A stretch of DNA of 63,876 bases, counting the filler, from Octopus bimaculoides (lineage: Eukaryota): assembly GCF_001194135.2 (NCBI RefSeq). It is 7 parts of 6 records of this genome, joined end to end, with 100 filler letters (N's around TTAATTAATTAA, not from the genome) between each part and the next. Parts side by side here need not be neighbours in the genome. Positions count along the whole stretch, not along the records: positions 46,767 to 52,992 come from NC_068991.1; positions 53,093 to 58,597 come from NW_026335232.1; positions 58,698 to 63,876 come from NC_068983.1; 4 more parts are not named here. The stretch is one strand, 5' to 3'. Positions 51,600-63,876 of this stretch are shown piece after piece; positions within the stretch are counted from its first letter, which is position 1, and every line of letters starts with the position of its first letter. The notes under the pieces are model-generated. The model was given only the letters and a program-made list of their open reading frames with translations. It made no database searches and had not been told where the DNA came from. Both the position numbers and the translations under genes were made by a program.

Positions 51600-52545
51600 A
51601 TAGATATATATAGTTTGTATACTGTCGAAGGTTTCTTGAAAGGCGAGATGTCGGTTTAAGCAAAAAATCAAATTCAAATGTGAAATCAATGTTAACCGCA
51701 CAGTATTTTCCCGTTAGGCATTCTATATTTCGAGGCGTGTCTGCAAGAATTCAAAAGTTCTAACCTTTGGTTCAGGGCGTATTTATCCTGGAAAAGGATG
51801 AAAAATTTCTCAGTTAGGCCCAAATTGCACCTCACTGGGCCTCTGTTTATATGGTGCTGCTCTTTCTAAGATTGTCCAGTAGATTTTGAAAGGGCGGGCG
51901 TCTCTTTCTTTCGACTGCCAGACGCTCGGCGAGATTCGTTGTTGTCCTATTTCTTTTCAGAGTATCGAAATGAATTTCGATGTGAATATAGCCTGGTCTT
52001 GAAGGAATTTCCGGTGGTTCCTATTTATGTCTTATATATTTGTGAGCCATCTATTTGCACCTTGGGTCTATATACTATTCCTTTCTCCAGATAATTTCCT
52101 CCCAACGGACAGCAACTTTGGTCATTACAATTACAATTCTTCTCATGATTATTTCCGGCACTGTGGTTATTCCTAATAGTTTTCTTGTTCTGCTGGTTTA
52201 TTAAAGAGGCGACGTTTTTGCAACAAGAATAGCTAACCTTCATTGTTCTCCTGTTAAAAATCCTATGGTACTTGTGGTTTGCTTGAAAGCGCTTAGAAAC
52301 TAGTTTCAAGAATTCTCTACCTATATTAGTTTTTACGGCGATGTTAAATGTCGGATTAAACCTCAAGATGTTCTTAGTTCTAGTCGTATGCGCTCTATTA
52401 TTGTTAGTTATGCTTTGGCTATACTAGATCTTCTCCGAGAATCCACTGTTTCTTAATGCATCATTATATAATACGGCGCGGCATTTTGAAACGCTTTCTC
52501 GCCTGACGATATTGATGATATGCGTCTTCCTGTATTACTATATTC
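51600..52545 (-). mobile_element. Penelope-like element fragment with GIY-YIG domain
   Basis: FNPTFNIAVKTNIGREFL..IFNRRTMKVSYSC..CNC..CPLGG..GIVY; YIGTTGNSFKTR..H..SF; RCNL..EKFFI; CRH. Confidence 0.85.
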
Positions 52546-52921
52546 TTAAGGATTACGGGTAGATGATTAGACTTTTTGTTGATGTAATATAGCTTTTCAT
52601 TAGACATACGGTAGGGTTTAAATTATTTAATTGTAAATTGTGAATATGCAGAATACATACATACAGATGCACACACATACATACATATATACATATGCAT
52701 ACACACACACATATATATATATATACATACATACATGCATACATACATGCATACATACATACATACATACATGCATGCATGCATGCATAGACACACACAC
52801 ATGCGCACAAACAAACAAAAAGGAACGCAGTGTAAATAACGGACAGAGTCAAGACTATTGAAAAGATTGCAAGACGCAACGAAAATTTTAGGAAAATAAA
52901 AATAATAAGTGGAAATCTTAC

Positions 52922-52939
52922 CGGTGAGCGTGTTAAATT
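52922..52939 (-). other. Candidate 18-nt micro-exon
   Basis: TCATTTTCTTTTTGTGCCTTAG|AATTTAACACGCTCACCG|GTAAGA. Confidence 0.3.
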
Positions 52940-53630
52940 CTAAGGCACAAAAAGAAAATGACTCTCTACAACAGTATGTGTATATATATATANNNNNNNN
53001 NNNNNNNNNNNNNNNNNNNNNNNNNNNNNNNNNNNNTTAATTAATTAANNNNNNNNNNNNNNNNNNNNNNNNNNNNNNNNNNNNNNNNNNNNGGCCGATA
53101 GAATAAGAACTGGGCTTACAAGGCATAAGCCCCGGGGTCGATTTGTTCGACTAAAGGTGGTGCTCCAACATGGCCGCAGTCAAGTGACTGAAACAAATAA
53201 AAGAATAAAAGTATATATATATATATATATATATACATATATACAGTTGGCACATCCGTTAAAACTGTTACGATTGACAACAAATTGATATTCTCGCTCT
53301 CTCCCTCTCCCTCTCTCTCTCCCTCTGCTCTCTCATTCCCTCCCCCCGCTCTCATTCTCTTTACATGTGTGTGTGTGTATGTGTGTGTGCGCGCGCGTGT
53401 GTGGATGTTTATACACACACACACACATATATATACATATATATATGTGTGTGTGTGTGTGTGTGTATGTATGTGTTTAAAGACACATAAATATATGTAT
53501 ATATGCATATACATACATGCATATATATATATACATATATGTATATAGATATAATATATGTATGTATGTATATATACATATATCTCTGTATAAGGATCTT
53601 TCTATCTACCTTTCTAACTATGTATATATG

Positions 53631-53670
<40 letters not shown>

Positions 53671-53693
53671 CGTATGTATATATATGCATCCGT

Positions 53694-53748
<55 letters not shown>

Positions 53749-54436
53749 TACACACGCACATATATATTATTCCATGTCTTCGAGATTGTTCGCAAATGCC
53801 GTTCTTTCATGTGAAACACAGTATGGCCGCGCTTGACAGGTTTCGGACAAAGACTGTCCGAGTGTGACCATTCGAGAGAATACTCCGTTGATTGCTCTGT
53901 AGAGAAATCTTTTGGGAAGGAACGGCAAACTTTCTTAACATNNNNNNNNNNNNNNNNNNNNNNNNNNNNNNNNNNNNNNNNNNNNNNNNNNNNNNNNNNN
54001 NNNNNNNNNNNNNNNNNNNNNNNNNNNNNNNNNNNNNNNNNNNNNNNNNNNNNNNNNNNNNNNNNNNNNNNNNNNNNNNNNNNNNNNNNNNNNNNNNNNN
54101 NNNNNNNNNNNNNNNNNNNNNNNNNNNNNNNNNNNNNNNNNNNNNNNNNNNATATATATATATATATATATAGGTGTGTGTGTGTGTGTGTGTGTGTTTG
54201 TCAGCGTATATATATATATGCATACATGAAAATATATGTGTGGGTGTTTGTCAGTGTGTATATACATATATGTGTGTATATATACATACATGAAGATATA
54301 TATATGTGCCTGTGTGTGGATGTGTATGGGAAAGCTTTTGCAGTTGTATGTGTGAGTATACCTGTATGTATGTATGTATCTATCTATCGATCTATATACA
54401 CGCACACACATACACACATACACACAAATATATATA

Positions 54437-54598
54437 TCAGCACATGTGTGGCTGTGCGGTAAGAAGCTTGCTCCATAACAATATAATTCCGAGTTCAGTC
54501 CCAACGCGTTGCACGTTGGGCAGTTGTCTTCTGCTGTAACCTCAGCTTGACCAGAGCCTTGTGAGTAGATTTCGTCGACGGAAACTGAAAGAAGCCCT
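54437..54598 (+). mobile_element. Family A SINE, 5' module
   Basis: GTGGCTGTGCGGTAAGAAGC..GAGTTCAGTCCC..TTGGGCAGTTGTCTTCT..GGAAACTGAAAGAAGCCC. Confidence 0.75.
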
Positions 54599-56195
54599 CA
54601 CAGACCAACCTCGTCATGATGACACCACTAAGCCAATGCCACAATCGCTATTAACACCTATCAAATCACCATAAGGGCCATCGCTACGATTATCAGTTCA
54701 TCAGCACCACAACCACCACTAATTCTACCACTAGCATCTCCTCCACAATCGGTGTCGTAATATTGTCCCCAGCAATAACACCACCACCAACAACACTACC
54801 ACTTCACCATCACCCCCACCCCACCCCACCACCATGATTACCACGACCACGACAACGACTACCACCGCCACCATCACCACCACAGACAGACACCACCACC
54901 ACCAACGCCACAGACACCACCGCCACCGCAAGCACCGCCACCACCACCACCACCACTACGACTACCACCACCACCACCATCATCACCACNNNNNNNNNNN
55001 NNNNNNNNNNNNNNNNNNNNNNNNNNNNNNNNNNNNNNNNNNNNNNNNNNNNNNNNNNNNNNNNNNNNNNNNNNNNNNNNNNNNNNNNNNNNNNNNNNNN
55101 NNNNNNNNNNNNNNNNNNNNNNNNNNNNNNNNNNNNNNNNNNNNNNNNNNNNNNNNNNNNNNNNNNNNNNNNNNNNNNNNNNNNNNNNNNNNNNNNNNNN
55201 NNNNNNNNNNNNNNNNNNNNNNNNNNNNNNNNNNNNNNNNNNNNNNNNNNNNNNNNNNNNNNNNNNNNNNNNNNNNNNNNNNNNNNNNNNNNNNNNNNNN
55301 NNNNNNNNNNNNNNNNNNNNNNNNNNNNNNNNNNNNNNNNNNNNNNNNNNNNNNNNNNNNNNNNNNNNNNNNNNNNNNNNNNNNNNNNNNNNNNNNNNNN
55401 NNNNNNNNNNNNNNNNNNNNNNNNNNNNNNNNNNNNNNNNNNNNNNNNNNNNNNNNNNNNNNNNNNNNNNNNNNNNNNNNNNNNNNNNNNNNNNNNNNNN
55501 NNNNNNNNNNNNNNNNNNNNNNNNNNNNNNNNNNNNNNNNNNNNNNNNNNNNNNNNNNNNNNNNNNNNNNNNNNNNNNNNNNNNNNNNNNNNNNNNNNNN
55601 NNNNNNNNNNNNNNNNNNNNNNNNNNNNNNNNNNNNNNNNNNNNNNNNNNNNNNNNNNNNNNNNNNNNNNNNNNNNNNNNNNNNNNNNNNNNNNNNNNNN
55701 NNNNNNNNNNNNNNNNNNNNNNNNNNNNNNNNNNNNNNNNNNNNNNNNNNNNNNNNNNNNNNNNNNNNNNNNNNNNNNNNNNNNNNNNNNNNNNNNNNNN
55801 NNNNNNNNNNNNNNNNNNNNNNNNNNNNNNNNNNNNNNNNNNNNNNNNNNNNNNNNNNNNNNNNNNNNNNNNNNNNNNNNNNNNNNNNNNNCACACGCAT
55901 GCATGTATGTTGATTAAATGTGTCATATATACGTGCAGCATTGGTGATAACCTTTGACCGTTCCTTATCCATATTCCGGGGCGACACATCTGCTGGACGC
56001 ACAGACAGACGCGCACAGATATATGTATATATCTTGTTTGGCCCCAGGGTGGTAAGAGATGGAGTTTCGATTCCACTATCTAGCACGGACACGGAATGAT
56101 ACACTCTCTGCTTTAGGGGGCTGCGTTGGTGGTGGTGGTGGTGGTGGTGGCTGTGGTAGTGGTGGTGCGGTTAATAGAGGTGGTGTGGGTTGACA

Positions 56196-56248
<53 letters not shown>

Positions 56249-56376
56249 CACCGCCACTACTACTGCTGTAAAAGACAACTACCACTGACTCCACCACCAC
56301 CACCACCACTACTACTACTACTACTACCAACTCCACCACCACCACCACCACCACTACTACTACTATTACTACCAAA

Positions 56377-56812
56377 ATTGGCTCATACATACATATATAC
56401 ATAGATAAGAGAGTGGGGCGTGATTTGAGGGAGATTTCGTTGCTATTTCTAGCATGTCCAGCTTCCATGTAGAGGTCTCCCTCATTGGCTCATACATACA
56501 TATATACATAGATAAGAGAGTGGTNNNNNNNNNNNNNNNNNNNNNNNNNNNNNNNNNNNNNNNNNNNNNCGTTGCTATTTCTAGCATGTCCAGCTTCCAT
56601 GTAGAGGTCTCCCTCATTGGCTCATACATACATATATACATAGATAAGAGAGTGGTGCGTGATTTGAGGGAGATTTGCTTGCTATTTCTAGCAGTTCCAG
56701 CTACCATGTAGAGGTCTCCCTCATTGGCTCATACATGCATATATACATAGATCAGAGAGTAAGGTGTGATTTGAGGGAGGGTTGGTTGCTATTTCTAGCA
56801 GGTCTAGCTTCT
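56377..56812. repeat. 107-bp tandem array, at least 4 units, interrupted by a gap
   Basis: ATTGGCTCATAC recurs at 56377, 56484, 56616 and 56723. Confidence 0.9.
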
Positions 56813-57169
56813 TCGTGTTTAATAGAGGGATAACGGGGAAACAGAACAGCAAAGGGCGGATCGGAAGTGTGGCCGTGTGTTGGTGTAGAGAAAAATTAGT
56901 TTAGATCGATGTCAGATAGGCGGTGGGAGTGTAACTGTGATGGTGGTCGATTTAAGAGCGTGGATGGCGGTCGTGAGTTGGTGCCAGGTGGGGTGGATGT
57001 CCGAGTGACGAAACTTAATGATGTTGCAAACGGCGACAAAGTTACTAATTAAGGAATTTAAAATGTGCTTTTGTACACCAAATATAACAAGGCCCATCAC
57101 CACCACAGCAAACCCCACTACTACTACTGCTGCTGCTGCTGCTGCAGGACGATATTGATTATAATTATG

Positions 57170-57368
57170 ACCGTTTCTACTTTTAGCACAAGGCCTGAAA
57201 TATTGGGGGAGTGGTATAGACGATGTGATCGATGGTACATATATCATCAAACTGGAAAGGAGGAGAAGCAATATCGCCCTCGGCGGAATATGAACCCGGA
57301 ACGTAAAGACGGACGAAATGCCGCTAAGCATTTAGTCCGGCGTGCTAACGATTCTGCCAGCTCTCCGC
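57170..57368 (-). mobile_element. Family B SINE
   Basis: CCTCGGCGGAATATGAACCCGGAACGT..CCGGCGTGCTAACGATTCTGCCAGCTC. Confidence 0.75.
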
Positions 57369-58206
57369 CTCCAGTGCCCTAATAATGGTATAATACTAAC
57401 ATCAGCCAATTTCTAAAAGAAACCCCTTTTGTTTTTCTTTTCTGGGCATGGATGACAGGCCCTTATTAAGAAAAAAGCATATTCTTTTCAATCGTAGCCT
57501 AAAAGGGGATTCACGTGGAGGACCTCTGGAGCAACGTTAGATGAAAGGAAAGGGGAGAGTTATTCGGGGTTCAGCGTTATCAACATCACCACCTATCTTA
57601 NNNNNNNNNNNNNNNNNNNNNNNNNNNNNNNNNNNNNNNNNNNNNNNNNNNNNNNNNNNNNNNNNNNNNNNNNNNNNNNNNNNNNNNNNNNNNNNNNNNN
57701 NNNNNNNNNNNNNNNNNNNNNNNNNNNNNNNNNNNNNNNNNNNNNNNNNNNNNNNNNNNNNNNNNNNNNNNNNNNNNNNNNNNNNNNNNNNNNNNNNNNN
57801 NNNNNNNNNNNNNNNNNNNNNNNNNNNNNNNNNNNNNNNNNNNNNNNNNNNNNNNNNNNNNNNNNNNNNNNNNNNNNNNNNNNNNNNNNNNNNNNNNNNN
57901 NNNNNNNNNNNNNNNNNNNNNNNNNNNNNNNNNNNNNNNNNNNNNNNNNNNNNNNNNNNNNTAGTCGATTATACAGACCCCAGTGTTACACTGGTACTTA
58001 GTATTATCGAACCCGAAAGGATCAAAGGTAGAGTTCGACCTTCAGAAATATTGAATTTAGAACATAAAGACGGACAAAACATCGCTAAATATTTTGTCCG
58101 GTGCGCTAAAGATTCTGCTAGCTTATTACCTTCATTTCTATCTACCTGTCTGATTACCTACCTACCTACCTACCTACCTACCTACCTACCTACCTACCTA
58201 CCTACC

Positions 58207-58242
<36 letters not shown>

Positions 58243-59774
58243 GAAAGGAACAAACAAGAGTCGGCATTAAACAACTTCACGCGAGAGAATTGAAATTACA
58301 TGGGAAATATGAAAAGTAGAAAGAGACGGAGAAAGATTGTAATAATAATAATAAGAAGAAGAAGAAGAAGAACAACAACAACAACAACAACGACGTTGAT
58401 GTTGAGGAGGCGGAAGAGGAGGAGAGTGAGGATGAGTGTGAGGAGGAAGAGATTGGTGATGATGATGATGGTGGTGATGATGATGATGATGATGATGAAG
58501 ACGACGACGATGTTGATGGTGATGATGATGATGATGTTGATAGCAATAATGACGATAATAATAACGAAAAACAGAAGAAGAAGAAGAAGAATTATATNNN
58601 NNNNNNNNNNNNNNNNNNNNNNNNNNNNNNNNNNNNNNNNNTTAATTAATTAANNNNNNNNNNNNNNNNNNNNNNNNNNNNNNNNNNNNNNNNNNNNACA
58701 TACATTTATACACACATATATATACATACATATATACACACACGTATATACACACATACATTTATACACACATGTATATATATATATATACATACATACA
58801 TATATACACACACGTATATACATACATACATTTATACACACATGTATATACATACATATATACATACATATATACACACGTATATACACACATACATTTA
58901 TACACACATGCATATACATACATATATACACAAGTATATACACACATACATTTATACATACATACATACACATACATACATGCATACATACATACATTCA
59001 TACATGCATACATACATACGTACATACATACATACATACATACATACATACAAACACACATACATACGTATATTGTCAGATAACTAATTTGAAATAAGAC
59101 ATGTTATAGCGCATTGCATTGCAATTATCTTGAGAATTGATTCAGATTACCTGCATAGCTTGCGGTTATTGGAAACCATTCAGTGCAAATGCTAAGAGAC
59201 TAAGAAATATAATTTTAATACCAATATCATCGTATGATATATTGATGTAAACTTAATCATTATACAGTTTCATATTCATTCTATCATTGATTAATTTTTC
59301 TAAGGTTCGTCGACCGTTGAGGAAAGAATGTGAGAGACGATGAAGTGGAGGTTGTTGATCCATGATTTTACCTTTATAATCTAATACTTCTAATCTAGTG
59401 GGAAATTATGGAGTTTCACAACAACGCCAACAACAAAGACTATGATATCGTCGAGCAGAAGAGTAGCAACAACAACAAAAACAGGAATTGCTTCAGCAAC
59501 GAAAATAACTTCAAGAAGCGTAACGTCATCTACATAAACAGCAAAGGTTGCATATACTGTAATGAAAATGGTTTTGTCTAACTTAGGTACAAGGCCATAA
59601 TTTGGTGGGGGCAGAAGGTTAGTCGATTGAATCAATTCCAATACGTGACTACACTTTTACTTATTGAACCCAGACGAATTAAATATCAAGTTGACCCTGG
59701 TGGAATTTGAACATAGAACGTAACAAGCCAGAAGAAATACAAGGTATTTTATTGATGCTTTATCAATTGTTTCT

Positions 59775-60159
59775 GTGGAGGTGCAATGGCCCAGTGTTTA
59801 GGGCAGCGGACACGCGGTCATAGGATCGCGTTTTCGATTCCCAGACCAGGCGTTGTGAGTGTTTATTGAGCGAAAACACCTAAAGCTCCACGAGGCTCCA
59901 GCAAGGGATGGTGGCGAACCCTGCTGTACTCTTTCACCACAACTTTCTCTCACTCTTTCTTTCTGTTTCTGTTGTGCCTGTAATTCAAAGGGCCAGCTTT
60001 GTCACACTGTGTCACGCTGAATATCCCCAAGAATTACGCTAAGGGTACACGTGTCTGTGGAGTGCTCAGCCACTTGCACGCTAATTTCACAAGTAGGCTG
60101 TTGCGTTGATCGGATCAAACGGAACCCTCGTCGTCGTAAGCGACGGAGTGCCATCCAAC
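59775..60159 (+). mobile_element. Family C (Deu/Nin-like) SINE, full length
   Basis: A-box-like TGGCCCAGTGTTTAGG, B-box-like TTTCGATTCCC; body matches 3133-3517. Confidence 0.85.
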
Positions 60160-60422
60160 NNNNNNNNNNNNNNNNNNNNNNNNNNNNNNNNNNNNNNNNN
60201 NNNNNNNNNNNNNNNNNNNNNNNNNNNNNNNNNNNNNNNNNNNNNNNNNNNNNNNNNNNNNNNNNNNNNNNNNNNNNNNNNNNNNNNNNNNNNNNNNNNN
60301 NNNNNNNNNNNNNNNNNNNNNNNNNNNNNNNNNNNNNNNNNNNNNNNNNNNNNNNNNNNNNNNNNNNNNNNNNNNNNNNNNNNNNNNNNNNNNNNNNNNN
60401 NNNNNNNNNNNNNNNNNNNNNN

Positions 60423-60475
<53 letters not shown>

Positions 60476-61225
60476 ACTGGCTTCCACAGAGTTTTCGCCT
60501 TCGAAATTTACTCACAAGGCACTTCCCGGTTCGGGGCTATAGTAGAAGACATTTGCCCAAGGTGCTGCGTAGTAGGACTGAATCCGAAAACATGTTTAGA
60601 TGCGAGTTTCTTAACCACACAACCAAGCCTGCGTCTGGCTATATATATGTAAATAAATTGCTGGCCTTGTATCAAAATTTGAAACTAACATTAATGAAAC
60701 TTGATTCACACTGGAAAATGTAACACACATACATAAACAATCCTCACTACCACCACATGGGCATAAAACTTACATACACATACATACATTTTATCTCTGG
60801 GCGCAGTGTGTTTCTGAAAATAAGACGATCATAGTAATCTGTGGTCACGTGATGCTTTCATCAGCAGAATTGCAAGGAGGGAAATTCTCTTTGAAGTTCC
60901 GTAAATTTTGGGGATATGTACGACTATGTTATCTTAAGTTATCACATGTGTTCCTCCCATTTTTTAAAGCCAATTTACAAAGGGAAGTTGTCAGCAAATA
61001 AGAGAAGAATCCTTCTACATTTCACTTGTACTTTATTTATTTATCTGTTCCGACAAGATTTGAATGTAAAGAATAGCAATCCGCCCCCNNNNNNNNNNNN
61101 NNNNNNNNNNNNNNNNCATTTGCAGTCTGCACAGATACATAAACTTTATTGAGCAAGTCTCCTCACCTCCAAGAAATAGCTGTTAAAATATCTATCCACC
61201 GATCATACCAACCGTATGTGTGTGT

Positions 61226-61595
61226 GTTGGCACCCCGTCGCTTACGACGTCGAGGGTTCCAGTTGATCCGATCAATGGAACAGCCTGCTCGTGAAATTAA
61301 CGTGCACTCCACAGACACATGTACCGTTAACGTAGTTCTCGGGGTTATTCAGCGTGACACAGTGTGACAAGGCTGACCCTTTGAATTACAGGCACAACAG
61401 AAACAGGAAGTAAGAGTGAGAGAAAGTTGTGGTGGAAGAGTACAGCAGGGTTCACCACCACCCGCTGTCGGAGCCTCGTAGAGCTTTTAGGTGTTTTCGC
61501 TCAATAAACACTCACAACGCCCGGTCTGGGAATCGAAACCGCGATCCTATGACCGCGAGTCCGCTGCCCTAACCACTGGGCCATTGCGCCTCCAC
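61226..61595 (-). mobile_element. Family C (Deu/Nin-like) SINE, near full length
   Basis: Reverse-complement homolog of 59775-60159. Confidence 0.85.
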
Positions 61596-61928
61596 AGCTA
61601 TTGATTTAAAAGAGGAAGAATACATTAAGGAATAGATTCCTAGATATACTATGTCTGAAATAATAAATGTGTTAGATTACCTTTAATTGGAGCTAAAGTG
61701 GCGCTAAGCAACGATATAGTTCATAACATCATATACAATGTATATGACGTTGGAAGAATTGTTAATTGGTAGGTCAAAATGCCTAAGAGCATTTCTTTCG
61801 ACTCTACATTTCCCACCTAAATTATCATTGCTTTTCATCCTTTCGGTATCGATAAAAAAAGTACCAGCCAAGCATTGAGGTCGATGTAATCAACACTAAA
61901 TTGCTGGCCCTGTGCCAAAATTTGAAAC

Positions 61929-61995
<67 letters not shown>

Positions 61996-61998
61996 GTT

Positions 61999-62235
61999 GT
62001 GAAGGCGCATGGCTCAGTGATTAGAGCGTCGAGCTTACGATCGTGAGGTTTTGAGTTCGAATCCCGGACCGGACTACGTGTTGCGTTCTTGAGCAAGACA
62101 CTTTGGTTCCCGTCGCTCTAGTTCACTCGGCTGTAGAAATGAGTTGCAACGTCACAGGTACCAAGCTGTATCGGCCCCTTTGCCTTTCTCTTGGATAACA
62201 CTGGTGGCGTGGAGAGGGGAGGCTGGTATGCATGA
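61999..62235 (+). mobile_element. Second CORE-like tRNA SINE type (family D)
   Basis: GGCGCATGGCTCAGTGATTAG, GAGTTCGAATCCC, CTTGAGCAAGACACTTT; head-only relative near 39622-39680. Confidence 0.7.
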
Positions 62236-63461
62236 CCGGTATTTTTATCGAGATCCCATCTCTAGTACGATTGTTAATCAGGACTGCAGAGCTCTGACTA
62301 CCTATTAGTTGGGCCTGTTCCTATGAAATTTCTGTGTTGGGGACCATGATCGTGATTTTCTCTAGGAGACAGGCGAGCGTCAGTTCGTCCCGTATCTTCA
62401 TCCAAATATTGTTCTAGAGTTAAGTCGCGATTCGCGGTTCATTCGACTTCATTCCAGGCATGGATCCGTTGGACACAGACAGGTTGTCACCATTGTGACA
62501 AAGGAGTTCTATCTACCTCAGTTTTAAACCAAACTGTTCCTTCTAGAAAGACTGCCAATCAAGGCTCACAAGTTCTGTCTACCTGTTTTCGGAATGACTA
62601 TTGACTCTTCTGAGTTCCTCTGCCCTTTTCCGGTTTTATTTTTAATCCCACAGGGTGTCGAATATCTACCTCCACACGAAGCAAGATGAGTGGGTTTGCC
62701 GGTTTAGTCGCCGACGACTCGACGGTTTCACAACGCACTTGCTAATCATTCTGGGTAATTATCAATCTGGGTAATTACTTACTTCTTTACTATTATAATT
62801 TCACTATTACTTCTATAATCCCTATCGTACAATTTACTTGTTCACCACACTATAGTTTCACAATTATTACTATACTATACTTATATTATTACTATAAGGC
62901 TTAGGAGTCCGAATATTATCTCCCCTGATTTCTTAGTCAATAGATGATGGCAGATTTACGGCTGTTAGTTTAGCTGCTGTCGATGCTGCGGCGTTAAATA
63001 GAAGAGCGGGCTTGTGTCTACTAATACAGGCTGTTTGATTGGACTACTAGTTGACATGACTGGTGGTGGATTGGGTGCGTGTGGGAAGGGAGTTTTGAGA
63101 GGAGCGTCGACAAGTTGGAACTAGCATAGCTAAGATATAGAAATTTATAAACAACATCTCAAAGTTGTAGCAAATATAGAAAATAATAGAAAAGGCTTAC
63201 ACATTTTTGGGGAGGGCTGTTAAATGGCCATCCTATCGTGTGAATGCTTATAGCAGCACAGGAAACCCACTGGAAAAGGAGGGGGAGAGGGAGAGAGGTG
63301 GCGAAGAGGAAGCAAGTAGGAAAGCTCGCCAAAATTCCAGCATAGGGACGAATTTATATGTAGAAATCTAGATATTTTGGGAGGACCTAGCATGGCTAAG
63401 ATAGAGAAATTTATGAAATTTTTGAGAAGAGCACCGACAAGTTGGTACTAGCATAGCTAAG

Positions 63462-63501
<40 letters not shown>

Positions 63502-63559
63502 TATTATTATTATTGTTGTTGTTGTTTTTGTAATTATTATTATTATTATTATTGTTCAG

Positions 63560-63876
63560 TAGTTTTATTTTTATAACGTGCTTTCACTTCACTACCGAGC
63601 GCAGCTCTGTGCGCCTTGGGTATGTGCTGTGGTTTGCTGTGGTGCTTTTATGTTTACTGTATTGAAAGTGTTTTGCGTAGAATGTGTGCAGTACCCAGTA
63701 GTGCAATTTTCTGTATGTTACATATATTTGTAAGTCCTGGTATTTTTGTTATGTATTTGTCTGAATATTTTTTTATTATACCTAAGGCACCTACTATGAT
63801 AGGAATTGTTTCTGTTTTTAGACTCCACATTCGAGTTATCTCTATTTCCAGGTCTTTGTATTTTGAAAGTTTTTCC
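63560..63876 (-). mobile_element. 3' end of REL-endonuclease (NeSL/HERO-like) LINE, running off the window edge
   Basis: KLSKYKDLEIEITRMWSLKTETIPIIVGALG; 3' UTR homologous to 10765-11030; (TAA/CAA)n tail. Confidence 0.8.

Noticed and set aside
56377-56812. CRISPR-like array (also considered for 19480-19683)
   Set aside because: Whole units repeat with no unique spacers; eukaryotic context, no cas genes
59775-59850. tRNA genes at SINE heads (also 21845 and 61999)
   Set aside because: The A/B boxes run directly into SINE bodies seen many times in the window; no complete cloverleaf
62280-63420. Possible 5' end and ORF1 of an L1/Tx1-like LINE on the minus strand, with a local triplicated CTAGCATAGCTAAGATA motif
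   Set aside because: GC-richer and TE-like, but no frame gave a motif I could name, so it is not listed as a feature

Overview
AT-rich, microsatellite-saturated animal genomic DNA with many N gaps. The SINE set and simple-repeat style point to a coleoid cephalopod, most likely Octopus (inference, no database check). No prokaryotic features, CRISPR array or intact RNA gene are supportable. Most recognisable sequence is mobile-element debris: four tRNA-headed SINE types (Meta/MESC-like, CORE-like x2, Deu/Nin-like), RTE, Tx1/L1 and REL-endonuclease (NeSL/HERO-like) LINE fragments, two Penelope-like GIY-YIG fragments, two Helitrons (one apparently complete and non-autonomous), a mariner relic, a Tc1-like relic and a pogo/Tigger-type MITE. 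The one credible host gene is a minus-strand, MS4A/CD20-like multi-pass membrane protein. Two coding exons are visible (50234-50434 and 48311-48382), with a possible 18-nt upstream micro-exon; its 3' exons were not found. Other points of interest: long direct duplications flanking RTE-derived inserts, a 76-nt hairpin with promoter-like motifs next to a splice donor, a CATAAA-dense irregular array, a 107-bp tandem array, and several hammerhead-like core motifs. Six TTAATTAATTAA islands inside N runs are assembly linkers. I did not find a clearly novel multi-gene system; the leads below are hypotheses. Repeat boundaries were set by eye and are approximate.
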